From NCBI RefSeq assembly GCF_009914755.1, contig NC_060936.1: DNA of 64,000 nt; one strand, written 5' to 3'. Origin of the DNA: the human T2T-CHM13v2.0 reference genome, Homo sapiens. The notes beneath the pieces were generated by a model that was not told where the DNA came from, searched no databases, and saw only the letters and a list, made by a program, of their open reading frames with translations. Position numbers and translations under genes: made by a program. Positions 42,693 through 55,213 of this stretch are shown piece by piece. Every line of letters starts with the position of its first letter. Position 1 is the first letter of the stretch.

Positions 42693-43309
42693 GGTACATA
42701 CACAAGAAAATTGAAAACATATATCCAGGATAAAGCTGGTATACAAATATACATAGTGGCATTATTAATAATAGCCAAAAAGTGGAAATAGCCCAAGGGT
42801 CCATCAACCAATGAATGGATAAATAAAATATGGTCTGTACATACAATGAAATAGTATTTACCTATGAAGGGTAACAAAGTACTGATACATGTTTACAATA
42901 TCTATAAACCCGGAAAACACTGTGCTAAGTGAAAAAAACCAGTCATAACACATATTGTATGATTTCATTTACATGAAATGGCCAGACTAGGCAAATCTGA
43001 AAGACAGAAAGTAGACTACTGGTTGCCTAAGCCTGGCAGGTGTTAGCAGGTGGGAAAGGTGAGAAAGAAGGAGAAAGTGTACTTCTAATGAGTAAAAGGT
43101 TTTGGGGGAAGGGTGATTAAAATATTCTAAAATGCATCTTGGTGATGGTTGCACAACTCAATAAATGTACTAAAGCCATTGGTTGAATTGTACAATATAA
43201 ATGAGTGAATTGTATGGCATATGAATTATATCACATTAAGCTGTTATTATTACCAAAAAAATCTACTCAGGTGATTGTGAGGTGTATCAATTTAAAAACC
43301 ACTGTTTTA

Positions 43310-43470
43310 AATTTTTTCTACTCAAAATGTAGCCCATACACCAGTAATAGTAGCATAATTTGGGATCTTGTTAGGAATGCACAATCTCAGTGTTGGGATG
43401 GAAGAGGTTCTGCATTTTAACAAGAACCCTGGGTGATCAGTGTGCACATTAAAATTTGAAAACCAATGCT
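43310..43470. mobile_element. MER5B-like fossil
   Basis: cttgttaggaatgca...tctgcattttaacaag...gcacattaaaatttgaaaacc. Confidence 0.6.
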
Positions 43471-44701
43471 GTGAGATATTATTTAGAACCCTCTCAGTAT
43501 TTATCTGCCCAATCCCAAATAACCACACCAAAGACTCTGAACTCCTTAATTCCTATAAGCATGCCAACTAGCATCAACAGTTCATCCAACGGCAGGAAAA
43601 TACACCAAAACAATCTTGGAGAAAGCTTCAAAGAGAAGACTTTCAATAAATCTCTTTAGTGTGTCATAGGAGTTTTAAGTAGTGTTGCTAGAATCTCACT
43701 GGAGAACATAAAAGTGTTCCAGATTTTAGTGAAGGAGAGAGAATAGGATCATGTTAACCCCATAGTCAATCAGCAGAGACAGAGAGGTATAGGTAGTTAG
43801 AATTGAGAGGAAGGTGGATGTTTGCGTAATCTGACATATAAGTTAAGTCTCTCATTTTTCACTTGCCTTTAGTTGTCTTAATGGACAATATGTGATTTTT
43901 TTACAGTGTCACAAAAAAACTGTGATTTTTCTTTCACAATCACTGTCACTAATTTCCCATGTTTTATCATCCCATTTAAAGTACAGTTAGGGTACTTTAA
44001 AAAAAATTTAATTCTTCATCACTGAGATGTGATATTGGTCCCTAGGGGCTATGTTTTCAAGTAGATAGGTACAATTCGATCACTTGGCATTCCCACTAAC
44101 AATACAGGGTCAGCTTACCTCAAATGCAAGCCATTGTACAGCCACATGAAATTTTTACAACCACAAAACATGGCAATAAGGGACCATTTTTACACTGTTA
44201 CTTCTATGTACAGTGGCTGTGTTGTACAGAGGTTATTTAGACAAACAGTTGATCTCAGAAATGCCATTTATTTGTTGTATGAGTTTCTGCAAGCTATTTA
44301 TGCAGTTTATGCCCCAGTGTACTCATCTCTAAATTGATATAATAGCTTCATAAATTTGTGGTCAGGAAGAAATGGCATAATGCACATAAAGTACTTAATA
44401 CACTTCTTAAGCACTCAATAATGTTAGCTATTATTATCACTGTCATCAAGATCCTAAAACTGGGATATCAGCAATGTTTGGCAGCATATTTGCTTTTAAA
44501 TTATTTTATAATCTGACTACAATTTAGTTTGGACAAGGGTAACATACTTACAGTAAAAATTAACAATCTATAAGGCTGAATGGATTCGGTTATAATGAGA
44601 TAGGGCATCAGGTGAGATGTCTGAAAGCCTGAGTTAAAAACCTTTACCAGGAAAGAGAATAGCTGGTCCTGTCAGACAAGATATTTATCAATACAAGTGA
44701 T

Positions 44702-45155
44702 TGCTGTGGGTTTAACTCAGTGCCTTCAAAATTCATATGGTGAAGTCTTAACCTCATTCCAGTACCCAGTGACCTTGTTTGAAAATAGAATTTTTGCAGA
44801 TTTAATTAGTCAGGTTAAGATGAGGTCATACTGAAGTCAGGTGGGTCCCTAATCCAATATGTGCTTAGGGGAAATTGGGATACAGACCCACATGCAAAGA
44901 GAATACCAAGTGACGATGAAGGTAGAAATCTGGGTGATGCTTCTACAAGCTAAGGAATGCCAAAGATTGCTAGCAAACCACCAGAAGCTGGGTGAGATGC
45001 ATAGAACAGATTCTGTCTCACAGCCCTCAGAGGGTACCAACCCTGCTAAACCTTGATCTTGGAGTTTGAGCCTCAAGAACTGTGAGACAGTTAAGATTCT
45101 GTTGTTTATGCTACCCAATTTATAGTATTATGGCAATGCTAGTAAATGAATATGG
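44702..45155 (+). mobile_element. MLT1C-like MaLR solo LTR
   Basis: ttaagatgaggtcatactg...ctacaagctaaggaatgccaaagattgctagcaaaccaccagaagct...aactgtgagaca. Confidence 0.85.
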
Positions 45156-45191
45156 TGCTATATGTGTGGCTTGGTAGTACATAAAGCAGGT

Positions 45192-45382
45192 CAATGGTTC
45201 TACATCTGTATCATGGTTTCAAATCACCTGGAGGGTTTTTTTAAAACATAGATAGCTGGCCCCCATCCCAGAGTTCTAATTCGGTACATCTGGGGTAGGG
45301 TTGGAAAATTTGTGTTTCTCATAAGTTCCCAGGTGGTAATGCTCAGGTTGCTATTCTGATGACATTTTGAAAACCTCTGGTA
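45192..45382. mobile_element. MER5A
   Basis: aatcacctggaggg...ccccatcccagagtt...aagttcccaggtg...tttgaaaacctctgg. Confidence 0.75.
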
Positions 45383-45927
45383 TAGGTTTTTCAGACAAAG
45401 GAGAGAGATCTCGGGGGTTGACGAGTGGGGATTAAGAACCTGTCAGCAGCAGGAAAACACATGTCTAAAATCCTACCTTCTCAGAAAATCTCCAAGTCTC
45501 CCCATCTGAACTTCCTCTCCCCATGCCAACCCTATAACAAATTGAAAAAATTAGTTTATTTTTAATCAATGAGCAATATTGTTTTCAATCATATTAAGGG
45601 ATCCAGCCATATCAAATCAATCAGTATTGGGAACTGCTACTCCAGGTCCCTGAAAAAGAATTTCCTAACAAACTCTTAGGAACTGAAGTTTAAGACTTCA
45701 GGGTACATTAGAATTACCTAGGAGACCTAGGACTCACTCTAGACATATTAAAGCAGAATTTATAAGGGTGAAGTTAAGGCAACTAAATTTTAAACTGGCT
45801 CTTCAGATAATTTTGATGAACTTCAAAGCTTGAAAAGTATGTGTTTGCCTTAGACCTTCCTAAAATCCACTCAATTTTTTTCTCATATGTGTACAATAAT
45901 CTTATCTTTGTACTGTGGTAGAGTTCT

Positions 45928-46550
45928 GAGGCAGTAAGGTATAATGATATGGATACAAATTTTGGACTTAGTGTGACATGGGTTCATGTCCTCCTCTGCC
46001 TATAAATAGCTGAATGGTTTTGGATAAGTTAGGTAGGCTCTCTGAGTCTCAGTTTACTCACCTATCAAATGGGGAGAGCCATACTGTCTCTGAAACAAGT
46101 TGAAAGTTAGCACAAACATTCACACATGCTTTTCACAAAACAATAGATATTTATTAGAAATAAATGATATTATCTGCAATGCTACTGGGAATTGTATCTA
46201 TGATCATTACCTCTTAACATAGTATCAGTCAATAAGTAACAATGGAATCCCTTATTATATTTACCAAGTTTTACATACACAGCATATAGTAGGCACTTAA
46301 TAAATATTTACTTAGATGAAATGATACCTTATAGCATAGGTATCAAGAATTCAGAATTTGGAGCCAGGTTCTCTGGGTTCAAATTATGGCTTTCCTATTT
46401 AATCTTTCTATGACTCAGTTTCCTCATTTATGGCATAATAATAACAAACACTGCAATCACAGAGATGCTGTGTGTATTCAATGAATTAGCATGTGTAATG
46501 TAATTAAAATGGTACCTAGTGTTACATAAGGACTTGCTTTATCAATATTA
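45928..46550 (+). mobile_element. Two MIR copies (~45928-46160 and ~46330-46550)
   Basis: ctctctgagtctcagtttactcacctatcaaatgggg; tctgggttcaaat...ctcagtttcctcattta. Confidence 0.7.
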
Positions 46551-47539
46551 ATTTTAAAATAGTAAGCATGTATGTGTTAAAGGTATGCCAATAACAGACT
46601 GGCAGTGAGAAACAGGGAAAGCTTTTTAGGGAAGATTGAGTTTTGAGCTATTCTCACAAGGAGAAGTAAAATTCAACTATGTATTATCACATTCTGAAAA
46701 TGTTCAAGGTCATTACAGTAACTACCCAGGGAAAGTGAGTAGGAAATTAAGCCCTCTAAAGAGTCTGATTACATACATAAACAACCACCACAACTTGTAC
46801 CCTACACCTGCGTGTTATAATAAATTAAAATAATGAAGATCAAGGGGCAAGAGAGGTGGAGACAAGGTTGCATTTTTTAGGCAGATAACCACCATGTTTT
46901 TACTATTCATTTGGGTATGAGCTGGGTCTAGGTGATATGATACATGAATATTTCCAAATTTCCTTAATATCCAGATTTCTCCAACCACAGTAGAGTTGTG
47001 TTTAAGACTATATCCATTACACCATGGTTTGGAGAGTATTACAAGTTCCCCCAAATATTGGTGCCTATCTGGAATCTCTTGAATTAAAAAAGAAAATGTA
47101 TGGGAAACACATACCCGGCACAAGAAGAATACTGAATGGAAGTTAACAGACTCTGAAGAAAACCAAACAACATGTAAAACTTGTATATTAAGAACAAGCA
47201 ATATAACATAAATAAAAGAATGCAGGATGTTAAAGAAAGGAGTGGGGAAGGAAGTAGAAAGGTGGTTCTTGGCCTATGCCATGCATTTTCCAGCTTTGCT
47301 TAAAGCACCCTCTACAGGGAACATAGGTTTTTGGAGGAATCCCAGATTTTGTTCAATTAGTGCCTTTTATCCAGGAGTTCCATGGTTCTGGTAGAGACTG
47401 CACAGAAATCATGGAAGACATGAATTATGAACCTCAGCTGAGTAAATGAACAATTTCATGTAAGAGATGTGTGGCCTTCACTTTTCTACCCAGCTGCAAA
47501 CGGGAGTTCTGTTGAACCCAACTTACAAAGATGTGTAAA

Positions 47540-47805
47540 AAAACTCTGTAGCCCAACTAACCTGGGTTTGGTTTCAGATTGTCATTTACTATATGTGATC
47601 TCACGCAACTTAACCTTTCAAAATCTCCATCTCCCTGTCACTTAAATGGGAATAATAATATTAGCTACCTCAAGGGGTGTTCATTCATTCAACACATACT
47701 TTTCTGAGTGTTCACTTTGTGCAGGGTAATATTCAAGATCCTAGGACTACAATTCTACACAAAATAGACAAAATCTCTGCCCTTGTGGAAATTATATTCC
47801 AGTTT
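47540..47805. mobile_element. MIR (plus, ~47540-47677) abutting an L2 3' end (minus, ~47678-47805)
   Basis: taaatgggaataataata...| ttcattcattcaaca...ctctgcccttgtgga. Confidence 0.65.
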
Positions 47806-48499
47806 CACACATGTGGCCAAGGCAGAGCAGCTTGCAAGGTGGCCTGGACCTGTTGCAATACCTTCTTTTGTTCTGGGCATCACTCAAAACTAGCCACTTT
47901 TTGGGTCACCCTGATGGCGTAGCACCATCAAATGAGGTATATACCGTCTCCAAAATCCAAAGTGTTTAATATCTTTTTAGGATGTGGGAGTGACCAGATG
48001 CAACAACTTATCCTTTACCTTAGAAGAGATATCTTGGCGTGTCTCACACAATTAGAAGCACAGAAATTTCAATTCAATGGAAGACCCCCAGAATTTTGTG
48101 GGATTTATTTTCCACCTTCTGGCAGGCAAATGTCTTACCAATATGGCTAGAGTAATTGTTACTTCATGCTCACCAGGTCGAATCAGCATAATAGTGACGT
48201 CCCATGGAAGGGATTTAGATTGCATTTTTGGGTTAGGGTGGGTATTTAATGTTAGGTGTGCTTAATACAGTTCTACGTCAGAGGTGATCCTCAACAAATG
48301 TTACTTATTGTTCTGCTCAGAATCCCTCCTGTACATCAGGATCTGACCCAAGCCCAGCAGAGGTGGAGGAAAGCTGCATATGGAATCCTTTCTGTACAAA
48401 TTGCTCTGGGTTTTCCTTTCCCTATTTACCATCAGAATGTTGCTCACAAAGATGTGAATGAACATTTAACGCTAGACCCCAATAAATATTTCTCAAATT

Positions 48500-49000
48500 A
48501 AAGCACCATTTAATTGCATCTCAGCAGTGCTCCCTTGTGAGCACCCATTAGGCATAATGAATAATTCATAGACTTCCTAGGGTGCATTCTGCTCGTCTGA
48601 AGTACAAGAAGAAATAACGAAATAATGAGGCGATTGCTTTTCAGCGCCCTCCAACTCCACTCCACCCCTGCCACTTTGCAATGTGTGGGACGTACCTGCC
48701 TGGCTGGGCAAGAAAGGCTGCAGGACAAGCAGGTTGGGGAAAGTGCATGTCATCCTGAGCAGGTTAAGCTTGAGTCTGGACCCATCCCCCAACCCCCACG
48801 TTTTCCTAGCATAGGAAGACTATCTGGAGGCCTCTGCCCTCCCCTGACACTTGGCAGCCGCTGCTTCCTGGGCTTCGCAGTGCAGCTGGCTCTCCAGGCA
48901 CTGGGTAAAACAGAAGTCAGGCTGGGGGTGGCGGGGACTTTCCTAAAGGAATCGCGTGCAAAGGGCTGACAGCATGGCATCCACAGGCTGCAGCAAGTGC
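48500..49000. promoter_or_regulatory. Candidate enhancer (POU palindrome, canonical NF-kB, XRE)
   Basis: ATGAATAATTCAT 48557-48569; GGGGACTTTCC 48933-48943; TCGCGTG 48952-48958; locally raised GC/CpG in non-repeat DNA. Confidence 0.35.
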
Positions 49001-49313
49001 CCAAACCCAGAAATCCGACAGCCACAGTGGCAGCCAGAAGGCTCTTTCCTCACAGTGGAACTGCAGGGGGTGGGGGGAGGGGAAATGATAAAAGAATTTT
49101 CTTTTTTAATTTTTGCGATTTTTCATCCATCTCAATGCATCAGCTGTTTGGCAGCAGCACAAGTCAGAGACATATGTCCATCGGATTTACTCCTTTTTCA
49201 CTGCTTCCATTGAAGGCCAAGAAATTCTTCCACTGTGACTTCCTCCCCCATTCCGGAAAGGAAGTCCTTAGAACTTTTGCCTGTAGGACCCCAAATGTCG
49301 CAAGCCCTTAGAA

Positions 49314-49562
49314 CAGTGGTCCCCAACCTTTTTAGCACCAGGGACAGGTTTCATGGAAGACAATTTTTCCACTACCGTGGGGAGGGGGGTATGCTCCACC
49401 TCAGATCATCAGGCATTAGTTAGACTCTCATAAGGAGGACAACCTTGATCCCTCACATGCACAGTTCACAATAGGGTTCGCGCTCCTATGAGAATCTAAT
49501 GCCGCTACTGATCTGACAGGAGGCGGAGCTCAGGAGAGCAGCCTGGGAGTTGGGGAGCCCTG
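49314..49562 (+). mobile_element. MER1B (hAT-Charlie), internally deleted
   Basis: TIRs cagtggtccccaac / gttggggagccctg; perfect 8-bp TSD ccttagaa (49306-49313 / 49563-49570). Confidence 0.92.
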
Positions 49563-49659
49563 CCTTAGAACTTGCCTATAGGACCCCAGATGGAGAACAG
49601 GCCATGGATTGTTCCTCTTCACCCCAGACCCTTCCTGCCCCTTCATATTTAATCCATTA

Positions 49660-49870
49660 TAATAGCTATCATTTATACAAGGGCAACTATATGTCTACAA
49701 GAATGATTTCACCTAATACCCATGAGATCCATACTGTTATTATTGCCATTTTACAGATCAGAATGCTGAAGCTTACGTAGGTGAGTTTGTCTAAGGCCGC
49801 ATAGCTAGAAAGCAATGACGCTAGGATCACAAACCGGGAAATCTGAATCCAGAAACAGAACTCTCAAATT
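49660..49870 (-). mobile_element. MIR
   Basis: ccattttacagatcagaatgctgaagct...aaggccgcatagctagaaag. Confidence 0.7.
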
Positions 49871-50179
49871 CCCATGTTCTCCCCACCTCACCCCTGTTTT
49901 GACTGATATCATCTCTTCAATTTGTTTCTTTTTAAATTTCAACCCCAGTTTGTGATTTGACCTAGGCGAATGACAAGCTCTGTATCTTTGTTTGCTATTT
50001 AGTAATAAGAATAAAGAATGCATGGGAATCTGTAAGCTTAGTTCTTTGACCCTTTTAAGTTTTCCTTGTTTTTTGAAATTTTTCTTGGAGCTGTATGAAA
50101 TACGATAGCACAAAAAAAAAACAGTATGGTCTAGATTGTCAAGAAACTCAGCAATATCATATGCAAAAACCAGTGCATC

Positions 50180-50398
50180 CAGGTACTAGACTGGAATCCT
50201 CTGGACTTGAAGTCAGAATGCCTGGATTTTAGTAAGTACTGCCTCTGCTCCCTGCTGTGTGGACGTACCCAGGTAAATCGTTTACCTCGCTGAGCTTAGT
50301 TTCCTTATCAATAAAGTGAAGAAAGATGTAATATCTACCTAGCCAGTATCATTGTGAAGATTAAATAGAGTAAGTTGTGTGAGATGCTGTTTGCTATT
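50180..50398 (+). mobile_element. MIR
   Basis: tgagcttagtttcctt...ttgtgaagattaaat. Confidence 0.65.
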
Positions 50399-52349
50399 TA
50401 GCCTTCTCTTCTGCCACCTTTATAGTCAGTGCTATGTAACCAAGGGAAAGCAAGGCAGTGGGCGAAGAGAACAAGAAAGATAAAGTTGCTGCTAAGAAAA
50501 GAAGCATAATAGCTCTCAGGAGAACCTACTATTTCTCCCTTCCTCTGGGAATCTCCTGGGAAGCCCCCACTATTCCCAGGACCAGCACCAGCCACTCCCA
50601 GCTGGCCCTTCCCCCATTCTCAGCTCTCCAGAAGGGCCCTGCTTCAGGATAAGGTCACATTCCAGTTACCCCAATTTCAAAAGTCAGCTCTAAATCATAA
50701 ACTATCTTCCTCATTTCCTTGACATAGGCAGCCTACCAAATGAGCAAGAGAAAATGCCCACCATCAGTTCATTGGTGACATAAAAAGAGTAAAAATATGT
50801 GCTCCCTGATTGGGCAGAAAAAGCTAGGTTGTGGGGTTCTCATGTGTTCCCCTTTCCACCCTAAATCATAATCAGAAATGGAGGCAAACAATGAAATTAA
50901 ACCTTCATGGGTTGGTTTGTTGCAGGTAGGTTGAACAAAGAAAAGAAAAAAACAAAAGATACTTAAAACTTCTGGAAATGATTATAGCCGAAGAGGATAG
51001 ATGGCTTTCTCTCAGTTTATCTCTGGGGAACATCTTTGACCTTTGTTTCTTCATTGCCCTCCTTATTCCCCGCAGAAGAGTCATTACGTTGTCCTGAAAA
51101 TCAATACCGGGTAGGCAGCAGTCTTTACCCTTCCATCCCGCGGCATTCACAACTTGCGTGGCAACCCCTCAGATGCATGTCTCCCCTCTCCCCGCCTCCA
51201 TTGCTCTTATCCTTCTCTCTCTATTTCATTTTTCTTGCTGTTGCTAATCTCTCCCATGTTATGATTACAGTTTCTGGCTTGTCTCAAATAAGAAGACATT
51301 TCAAGACTTTGTCACATCCTCCATGCCTACATAGGGCTTTCCCAGGTCCTTTTTTGTTGTTGGATATGGATATCTTTTTAAATGGAGGAAGGAAGGAAAA
51401 GAAGAAGACAGGCAAATTTGTGGCATTAAACACAAACTGAAGCAGGACAGGGCAGGGCAGGCATGTGGGAGAAAAAGCCTAAGGCCACCTGTTTGGAATA
51501 GATTAGTGAGGTTTAAACAAAAACATCCCCAAGCCTCCACTCAACCTCCAGGAAAATGGTGCATTTTCCGATTGCTTACTCCCACGCTTCATTCTGTGAA
51601 GGGGAAATAAAGAGAGGATGACTTGAGAGCAGATGGGGGCAAGGCTATCTCAGAGGAAGATCGGGGCTCACGGGGTGGTCCACAGTTTTTTACACAGTTG
51701 GAGAGTAGGACAGGAAGCAGCAGCTGCAGCAGCCTGCCTCTGCTGAAAAACTGCCTGATGACCCAGAACTAAAGATTTCATTTTATGGGGCAGTGCCCCA
51801 CCTTCCTGAGACAGGACATTCATCTACTTTTTCAGGATAGTACCCATGCCATACTGATGGTACTCTTGAGCCGAAAAGGCAACATAAAGAAGCTGACCAA
51901 AAACGATTGTAAATTGGCAAATGCAGTTGTATAAAACACATCTTATATAAATATATTTACATGAAAAATAAATCACTTTATTACAAAATAATACAATTAA
52001 GGATGTCCTAGAAAAATCTGGAACATTTATATGTTGTATCCATACCTGTAATCACTTCTGCTCCCTTCAGGCATGTGCCTGTGCGCACACACACACACAC
52101 ACACTAGCACATACTTAAACTGTCTGGCTATGTGATTTTCTTAAAATTGCTTATCCTGATAATTGATATATTCCAATCATGTCCTCCTGGAGAAAACTAT
52201 AATCCCTAAGAAGGTCCTTATTAATGAACTTGTAATGCCTGGCTGATGGGGAAGATGGCCACAGTAGGTTATGGTTATGCTGACATTTAGACAGATTGGC
52301 TTGGCCTTCAAATCTCATGGTATTGGAACAGATTGTTGGCTGAAGTCTG

Positions 52350-52762
52350 AATTGATACAAACTACAGTTTTCTGGAGAAGTTTGGTGATATTAAATATCC
52401 ATTCCCTTTGACCTGATGATTCCAATTTTAGAATGTTTGAGGGTTTTTGTAACAGGAGTGTTTTCAGAATGAAAACTGAAAACAACCTAAATGTGCATCA
52501 ATAAGAGATTGGTTAAGTAATTATATAAAACATGATATAGATCCACACACATTAACATGGAAAGATGTTCCCAATATATAGCTTAAAGGGAAATGGAGAT
52601 TACAGATAATATGTACAATATGACTGAAATATATATTATATATAATATGTTATATATATATCATATATTATATATCTTCACATCCTGCTTAGGCATAGGA
52701 AAAAGTCTACAACAAAATATTAACAGAGTTATATCTGGATGGTGTGATTATACCTAATACTC
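52350..52762 (+). mobile_element. Old L1M(E) 3' fragment
   Basis: ccctttgacc...aaacaacctaaatgtgcatca...acatggaaagatgttc...aaaatattaacag. Confidence 0.55.
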
Positions 52763-53052
52763 TTTTTTTTTTTTTGAGATGGGATTTTGCTCCGTTGCCC
52801 AGGCTAGAATGCAGTGATATGATCATAGCTCACTCTAACCTTGAACTCCTAGGCTCCAGGGATCCTCCTGCATCAGCCTTCTGAGTAACTAGGACGACAA
52901 ATGCATACCTCCACACCTGGCCATTTCTTTTTGTAGAGATGGGGGTCTCCCTGTGTTACCAAAGCTGGTCTTGAACTTCTGACCTCAAGCTATCTTCCTA
53001 CCATGGACCCCCAGAGTGCTGATATTATAGGTGTGAGCCATTACGCCTGCCC
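52763..53052 (-). mobile_element. AluJ
   Basis: atcatagctcactctaaccttgaactcctaggctc; tgtagagatggggg. Confidence 0.9.
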
Positions 53053-53069
53053 CTACCAGTACCTTTTTC

Positions 53070-53369
53070 CTTTTTTTTTTTTTTTTTTTGAGATGGAGTT
53101 TTGCTCTTGTTGCCCAAGCTGTAGTGCAATGGCACGATCTCAGCTCACTGCAACCTCCGCCTCCCAGGTTCAAGTGATTCTCCTGCCTCAGCCTCCTGAG
53201 TAGCTGGGATTATAGGCATGCGCCATCACGCCCGGCAAATTTTTGCATTTTTAGTAGAGACAGGGTTTCACTGTGTTAGCCAGAATGGTCTCGATCTCCT
53301 GACCTCATGATCCGCCCGCCTCGCCTCCCAAAGTTCTGGGATTACAGGCATGAGCCACCACGCCCGGCC
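53070..53369 (-). mobile_element. AluS with mixed Sq/Sp and Sc/Y diagnostic sites
   Basis: Full-length Alu flanked by ccagtac(t)ctttt. Confidence 0.93.
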
Positions 53370-54563
53370 TCCAGTACTCTTTTTTAATCCAGACGTTTAT
53401 CTGCATTTTCTGATTACTTTTGCATTAAGAAAGTATTACTCTATATTCAGAAAACATAATAAAGCCATTCTAAACAAATTACACTAGGATGGGCTTCCTT
53501 ATCTACTCTGCATTGCCGGTCTCACTTCTAAGTACACAAGATCAGTTCATCAAAGGCAGTCAGTCCTTCTGAGGCCAGCTGAGAATGATGTGGAGGGGTT
53601 GTTATTCTCCATAATGTGGATCTGCTGTCAAGCAGATCATGCCATATCTGCAGTCAAAGAGACCTCTAAGATGTGTTTTAAATTCTGACTCTTTGGCATT
53701 TTGGCAGTACTGTATACTAAGCAGCAAGATGAGGACCAATTAATTCCACAAATTCAACTATGACTAATTTTTAATCAATGAATTGGCTCTTTAACTTGGG
53801 CTTTTGGGAAACACAAAGAGGGAGCAATTTATTGAGAGTTGCCCTGAGATCATTTACCGAGATTTTAAGTGTGTATGTCCTCACACATGCACACACATAC
53901 ACACACACACACACATCTCTGTACTATGGTGACATTTAGTATATTCTTGGATGTGTTGTTCTTTTCCAGCAATTTCTGTTATTGCATATCAGGCAGCAAT
54001 TGAGGCATTCTGAGCTTTTGCCTAGATAATGACTCAACAGAACAAAGCAGCCAATTCTTGACTTTTGAATTTCGAAAATTTTTTTGACACTCACGGCAGA
54101 CACAATGGCATAAGAGGGAAAAAAATCAATGAAAGAAAAATAGAATCGAAGAAAAACTAAGAAGTTCTTAGTCTGGTCCGTATTTCTGAGAAAACCCGAT
54201 GTATCTGGCCCTTTCCCCCAGTCTAAGTCAGGACACTGAGAGGACAAAATAAAACCCAAAGGTCAGTTTGGGAGTCGGAGAACAAAAATAGCACATGCCT
54301 TGTTTCCCAGGTGAAGTTTGGGATATGGGAGGGTCTACCCCAGCATAGGAAGACAACAGTAGAGTGTCATGGCTGTAATATATGTATAAGCAGATGGGCC
54401 TATGGCAGGTTCACAGAGGCACACCCTAGCATCACCCCAGCAACATGGGGTGCAACATGATGCATACACCCCAGCAACACGGCAAGCAGCCAAGAGCAAC
54501 ACACACACATGTGACATTGGGTTGCAATGAGCTCCAAGAAACCTTGCCATTGGAATAAGGGGA

Positions 54564-54978
54564 TACCTGAGTGTCCATTTGCACTGCCGTAACAAAATAT
54601 CACAAAATGGGTAATTTGTAAACAATAGGAATTTATTTCTTATGGTACTGGAGGCTGAGGAGTCCGAGATCAAGGTGCCAGCTGGTTTGGTATCCAGTGA
54701 GGGTTGCTGTCTGCTTCCAAGATGATGCCTTGCTGCTGCATCCCCCAGAGGGACAAACACAAACACTGCTTTCTCATGTGGTAGAAGGGACAGAAAGGCA
54801 AAAAGGGGCTGAGCTCACTCCCTCAATCTGTTTTACCTAAGGACACTAATCCCATCCTTGAGGGCAGAGCCCTCATAACCTAATCACATCCCAAAGGCCC
54901 CACCTCTTAATACTGTTGCAATGGGGATTAAGTTTCAACATAAATTTTGGAGGGGACATGAATATTCAAACCATAGCA
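54564..54978 (-). mobile_element. MST (MSTD-like) MaLR solo LTR
   Basis: gaggagtccgagatcaaggtgccagc...taacctaatcacatcccaaaggccccacctcttaatact...attcaaaccatagca; TSD gggga / ggggg. Confidence 0.88.
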
Positions 54979-55175
54979 GGGGGCATAGTAACCTTTCCCT
55001 GATGCTTTGATATTATTTTTGCCCCCCAAATGTAAATGCAAAATCAAGAAGGAAACAGGAAGAATAAAATAACATATCTACTGAAATTACCTTGAATTTA
55101 CTAAGCTTAGGTTGCCACCGCTTGCTAAATGAAGAATTTAGTTAGAAATAAATTCAACTCTATTTAATTAGTTTT

Positions 55176-55213
55176 GAATGGCAAAAACTGCAATTTCTTT
55201 TGCACCAATCTAA
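55176..55213. mobile_element. Half MADE1 (Hsmar1-derived MITE)
   Basis: aatggcaaaaactgcaatttcttttgcaccaatctaa followed by TA: one arm of the MADE1 palindrome. Confidence 0.75.

Noticed and set aside
48642-48658. CAGCGCCCTC CTCF-like half motif
   Set aside because: Lacks the TGGTGG/TAGTGG half of the core.
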